A DNA stretch of 64,000 bases from the human T2T-CHM13v2.0 reference genome, Homo sapiens. Below the pieces are notes generated by a model, which ran no database searches, was not told the DNA's origin, and saw nothing but the letters and a program-made list of their open reading frames with translations. The stretch lies in assembly GCF_009914755.1 (NCBI RefSeq), contig NC_060928.1; one strand, written 5' to 3'. The translations under genes were made by a program, and so were the position numbers. Positions 55,677 to 64,000 of the stretch are shown piece by piece (within the stretch, counting starts at the first letter, position 1; each line of letters opens with the position of its first letter).

Positions 55677-57849
55677 TCTCTCATTTAATAGATTGCCCAC
55701 AGCCATCTAAAGGTGAATTGAACAAGAAAGTGAAATAAAGTCCAAGAAACGTTCAATTTGATTGCTATTGTTAGCATGACTTAGCACCAGAGTGCTGGCT
55801 GGATTCATTTTATGGATTCCTAAGAAAATAACTCTTTCATTGCAGGAGATCTCTCACTCACACATTCATATAAATAATTGTTTTTGCTTGCTTAGTCTTT
55901 GTGGCTTTCCACAGGCATCAGTAGTGCCCTTCCATGTTTTTTTCTCCTAAGTTTTTTTTTTTTTTTTTATTGCCCTTGGCAACCTTGAAGCTGATCTGAG
56001 GGAATTATAGGCTATCATTTAATCACGTAGCATACTGCTACTTAGTGGGAGCCATCCTCTCTACTCTTGCCTATGAAAGAGTATAGAGTATGAAACGAAC
56101 TGTAACTTGAAAGTTTGCTCAAAAATCATCATTTGATCGCCTACTTAATCATTTTGTATCTTCTATGAATCTTTCTTTCACAATCCTGCATAATGGTCAA
56201 GTTATATTCTAAAGAAAATTCTTATCTATTGTTTTGAGGTCAGGCCTGAGATTTAAATAGTATCAGTTACAAATGATTTTGGTTACAAATAACAGAGTAC
56301 TCACCATTGCAGATATTAAAGGCATTTAATAGTTTTACATAATTAGAGATCACAAGATAGGAAATGTCATATTTGGCACAGTGCCAAAGAAGTTATTAAG
56401 AACCTTGCTTTTTAAATTATGTTATTAAATTTTACTTTATATGTTTCTTTTTTAATAATTCAGAATGTTTGTCTGTAGGATAAAATAAGCTGGAAGAATA
56501 GGTGAAAAGGCTGAAAAACTGGAATATTCTTGTTCATCTGCCTTTGTTACCAGGAAACTAAATACATTCCAGAAATATTGTCGTGTGAAACTTCCTTTTA
56601 TAACTATTGACAAAAACTATGCTATATGACCACTGTATCAGAAAATGAAGGAATATTTTAAACTTCTAATTGAGACTGAGCTAAAGTTCACACCTCGATA
56701 ATGATTAATTTTATAATAAATACTGACTGAGAATACAAAGGAAGAATAATTTTGGTGAAAGATTAATCCTCATCATTCAATTATGTAAAAGGTATAAAAT
56801 ATAATGTTTCAAAATATGTGATTATGGATTAGATAAGACACAAAAAATTGTTCCTAAAAAATCAGAAAAATAAATTACATGTTCCTATTTTCAAGATACT
56901 ATAAAAAACTAAAACCAAAATTCATTATTCATAATTTTTTATATATTCAAAACATTGTCATTATTATTTTGTGATAACTAGACTACCAGTTATACCATCA
57001 AGGACACACAGAAAATGTCTTCTCTTAAAGTTAGCTTTTATCAAGTTGTCTATAGCTCTAAGACATACATTAGTTTAGGAGAAGATGATTTATATAGATT
57101 CCAATAATAGTCTCACTGTCCTAGATACCAATCAATAGAGACTCTTTCTATTATTATTCACTTGACTTTGTCATTTATGCTGACATACAGCCAAAGATCA
57201 GTGTGCAAGTTATTAAAGAGAGTTTCGGCATATGAAAATAATGCTTTTAAAAAGAACTTTCAATGTTAGTAAAGCATATTTTAAGGACCTAATAGAATCA
57301 ACTTACAATGTTTTAAATAACAGCAAGATATCTATCTTCTTTACCTCATTTAGATATTCGCCTATAAAGAATCTTCCTCATTAACTCTTTGCCAGTTTGA
57401 ACTGGTTACCTACTAAATACAATTGAGTGCAAATTTTAAATTAGTAGTAGTAGTGAAAATATGCCTACTATATATATAACACTGAAACTATAAGATTATG
57501 TTACTGAAATTGTTTCAAAATTATTTTTAAGCACAGTAAGTTGTATTGTGGGGGAAAAGGAAGGAGACAAACTGAAAAGGTTGAGAATTACACTCCTAAC
57601 TAATAAAATATATTGTCTTGTACTTCCATACTTCTGTCCACACTCTTAGTCATCTTTATTCAGGTAAGTCTCTTAAATGAGGTCTTCATACTTTAATAAA
57701 TCAACAAAATCAATTTTGAAGATAAAATAAATTAAATATTGTTAAAAATTGTTCAATTTGCTAAGCTTATTTTACATAGAGGTAAAATAGGCAAAAGCAT
57801 AGAAAAAAATTATGTGTGTGTGTGTGTGTTTGTGTATTGGTTATTGCCA

Positions 57850-58147
<298 letters not shown>

Positions 58148-59421
58148 TTTGTCATTCTTTTATAAAATAATTTTAAATGTAATGTATTTCAACTGAGGTA
58201 CAAAATATTCCAGGCTCCTTCATGTAACTCCAGGCTTACTTATGAGAAAGATGTCTAATAATGGCTTTAAATTAAGAAGATTCTAATCATTGAATTAATA
58301 AGTCCATGTATATTATAAACATTTTATTAACATAAAAGAATACAAAAATTATTTTTGTAACATGAAATACAGTAGAGATAAAACAAACCACGAACAGAAA
58401 AATACCCAATATTTTCCACATGGAGGCATAAGATATTGGAAAACTATTTTACAGGGTAACTTCCACAAGTCTTGAGAAATACAAATCTCATAATTTAAAA
58501 AAATGTATATACACCCTGTGGCTTTGGGATAGAGTCACTATAACTTTATGCCTTAGGCCAATAACAACTACAAAGGAAAGCATTGTATTCAAATCTAGTT
58601 AGCAAGTAGCTGAGCGTTTTTCTATAGTGTTTTCATCTTCATCTCATCACAGCTGAAAACTTGAAATGTTTTGACATCACAATTAGTATCAGGAAAGGAA
58701 ATGGGTATGTTACTAAATCCACTACAAAGAAATGCACAAATAATTGAGAAATCCTCTGCCTCCATTTTTATAATATAGTACACCTGCTTTTTCAAGTATT
58801 GAGAAAATAAAAAATATAATAGATTATATATATTTATATAATGTAATATGTATATTATATATAATATATTCTACCACCGAGATAATTTACATTTTATATT
58901 TCAGAATATTTAAAATATTTTATGTTTTAAAATATTTCATATTTTAAAATATGTTCTCTCTCTCTTATAGACACACATAATCTTTTTGTTCATAAATTGC
59001 TTAAAAATATTTTTGATATGTGTGCAGAAATTCTTGCTTGTTTCTGAAGATAGTAACTGTGACAGATCTAATTTTAAGTTAGTGAATAGATATCTTAAAG
59101 TGTTACTCAATGGTCCAAACAAGACTATTTTATTTCCCAGTATATTACTCACTTCCCACTCTGCCAAATGACTGTTTCACATATCTTCATTTCCTTCTAA
59201 ACTTTCCAGTACACCTTAAATTTTCCTGATATTTATCTGATGCTTGTTCCTCATAATTGACGGAGAAAACATAATTATTCAATTATCATCTAATCATGTA
59301 TCCACCACCAAATCAATCAGCGAACCAGTATCCATACTCAAAATGAATAAATCTCTTTTGTCTTTATCAAAGAGATGTCCCCACCTCAATCCCATAATAG
59401 TTTAAAATTTTTTCAATGGCT

Positions 59422-62316
<2,895 letters not shown>

Positions 62317-62419
62317 AATTTTTTTCAACGGCTTAAAATAACAAAGTTTATTCCTCACTCTTACTATAAGTCCATCAAAGAACTGCTGGTTCTTCTGTTT
62401 TCAAACCATAATTGTTCTT

Positions 62420-62705
62420 ATAGAATCCAAGCTCAAAGAGTATCTAGTGTCACAAGAGAAAAATTCTTACTTTCCTTAAATTATACCATAGTATCATTGC
62501 CATATTTGTTTTGCTATTACGCTAAATTTTTTGAATGTCATATAACTTCCTGTCATATATCTTCATTTCCCCTTCTCTTCAATCCATTTTAATCAGGTTT
62601 CTCTTCCTATCATTCCAATAAAATGTTGCTTATCACAGTCAACAATACATTTCTTTTGAAATTTCAATAATTTATATTTTATCCTCACCTACTTGAACTC
62701 TTATA
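62420..62705 (+). mobile_element. L2 fragment (probably continuous with L2-like 59150-59400 before the L1 insertion)
   Basis: ttcaatccattttaatcaggtttc...cttatcacagtcaacaat...tcctcacctacttgaactct resembles L2 ORF2. Confidence 0.5.
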
Positions 62706-62722
62706 GGTTATGGAATGTTCCA

Positions 62723-64000
62723 TGTAGCCTTGCAATGTCTCACCTCAGTTATGAGTCATGTTTTCTTTAACTCGTTTGCCTAAAGAACCCATGTGTCTGC
62801 AAACTCAGAGTCCCGCAACATTGGGATTTAATATCTCAGGGTCCACCACCAAAAAAGTAAAGATGGAAATGGTGAATAAATGCCCTAATTTCTCATATTT
62901 TAGATGAACTATTCTTAAGACCATTCTGGATGATACACAGGATTCAAATTTAGTTAAACTTTCATTATCTACATTATGACACAGTATTCATATCTACCTT
63001 ATGACATAGTATTCATTATATAGGTAATGAAGTTTTAACTAAATTTGAACCCTGTTGAGTAATTAGTGCACATGTTACTGGCTTTTTCGAAGTCTCCATT
63101 TCACTCTTCCTATTACCTCATTCGATAATACTTCTAGGTTATTCCTTATGAAATAATTATTCCCAAACCCATAGCTCAGGAACTGAGTAATGCAAATGAA
63201 AACAATTGATATTAACAGTGACCACAGGAAATAGACACTCAGAATGGCACTCTGAACCTGGATCTTTCGTTCATCAGATGGGAGCAAGGGCTGATTGTCA
63301 TTGACATGGCTAGAACTCCTAGCATGCTGCAGCATCACTTGCAGCAGGAATGCGCTATAGGTGGAAAGGAAAGCATTGGCTTATGCAGAAGCTCTAGTAC
63401 TTGAATGATATGGGGACAAAATTAAGGATTGTGAAGAAATGACTAAGCTAATTTATAATTTTTGAAAAGAGAGAATGCTCAAGTTAGCCAACTATTACCC
63501 ACAACATGTTTTCAAACTTGGAAGGTTTGAATGGAAATGTATAAAGATATCTTCATCTCCTCCAGCTATACCACAAAGTGCTGAAAATCAGGCATGAACA
63601 ATTATGAGAATGGCAGAGTTGCAAACGGAACTGAATTGTTAAGTCTTAAGTGCCAATCTATAAAATAAGACCTCTGAAAGTTGGATATTTAAATTAGTTT
63701 TACAACGTGTATGTATAGAAAGTAATAAAGCCATGTAATTAAATATGTACAATTTTTAATTGTCAACTATATCTCAATAAAGTTGGAAAAATTAGATTTG
63801 GGTGGTTTATGTAACATTGTGTCTATATTTCAATTTTTAGATTAGCATCAAGTGAAGCTACAACTACGCAGGGACCCATTTGTAATATTGAGGCCATGTT
63901 TGATAATGATTGATGATTGATGATGGTAGTTGTAGTTAAGAGGAAAGGCTAACATTTATTGAAAGAGGATACGTGTCATATTTTTTCTACTGAGTATGCA
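62723..64000 (+). mobile_element. LTR16-like ERV-L LTR (to ~63203) plus ERV3-16-type internal start; a small L1M 3' end at ~63700-63790
   Basis: ggtgaataaatgccc...atgaactattctta; LTR end ...aaaaca followed by attgatattaacagtgaccacaggaaatagacactcagaatgg. Confidence 0.5.

Overview
AT-rich, gene-poor hominoid (human/great-ape-type) genomic DNA made mostly of transposon relics: roughly 35-40% LINE-1 by my hand count (L1PA2 to L1ME ages), about 11 Alus or Alu fragments, two back-to-back ERV-L/MLT2 proviral relics, several ERV1/MaLR LTRs, and Tigger3 and MER75 DNA transposons. No intact spliced host gene is visible. The one host-derived sequence is a ~2.83-kb processed TERF1 (TRF1, PIN2 splice form) retrocopy on the minus strand (52121-54949), flanked by a ~20-bp target-site duplication (TSD). 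Its most striking feature is a 315-codon ORF that starts at an ATG supplied by the TSD, reads the acidic N-terminus in an alternative Arg-rich frame, regains the native frame over most of the TRFH dimerization domain, and ends before the Myb domain. This resembles engineered dominant-negative TRF1 alleles, but nothing here shows it is expressed. The window also holds several repair or template-switch scars: a local templated insertion, inverted duplications, a tail-less L1 fragment, a thrice-present target site and an unexplained hairpin. Repeat subfamily names and TERF1 comparisons come from recalled consensus sequences, not from a database search.
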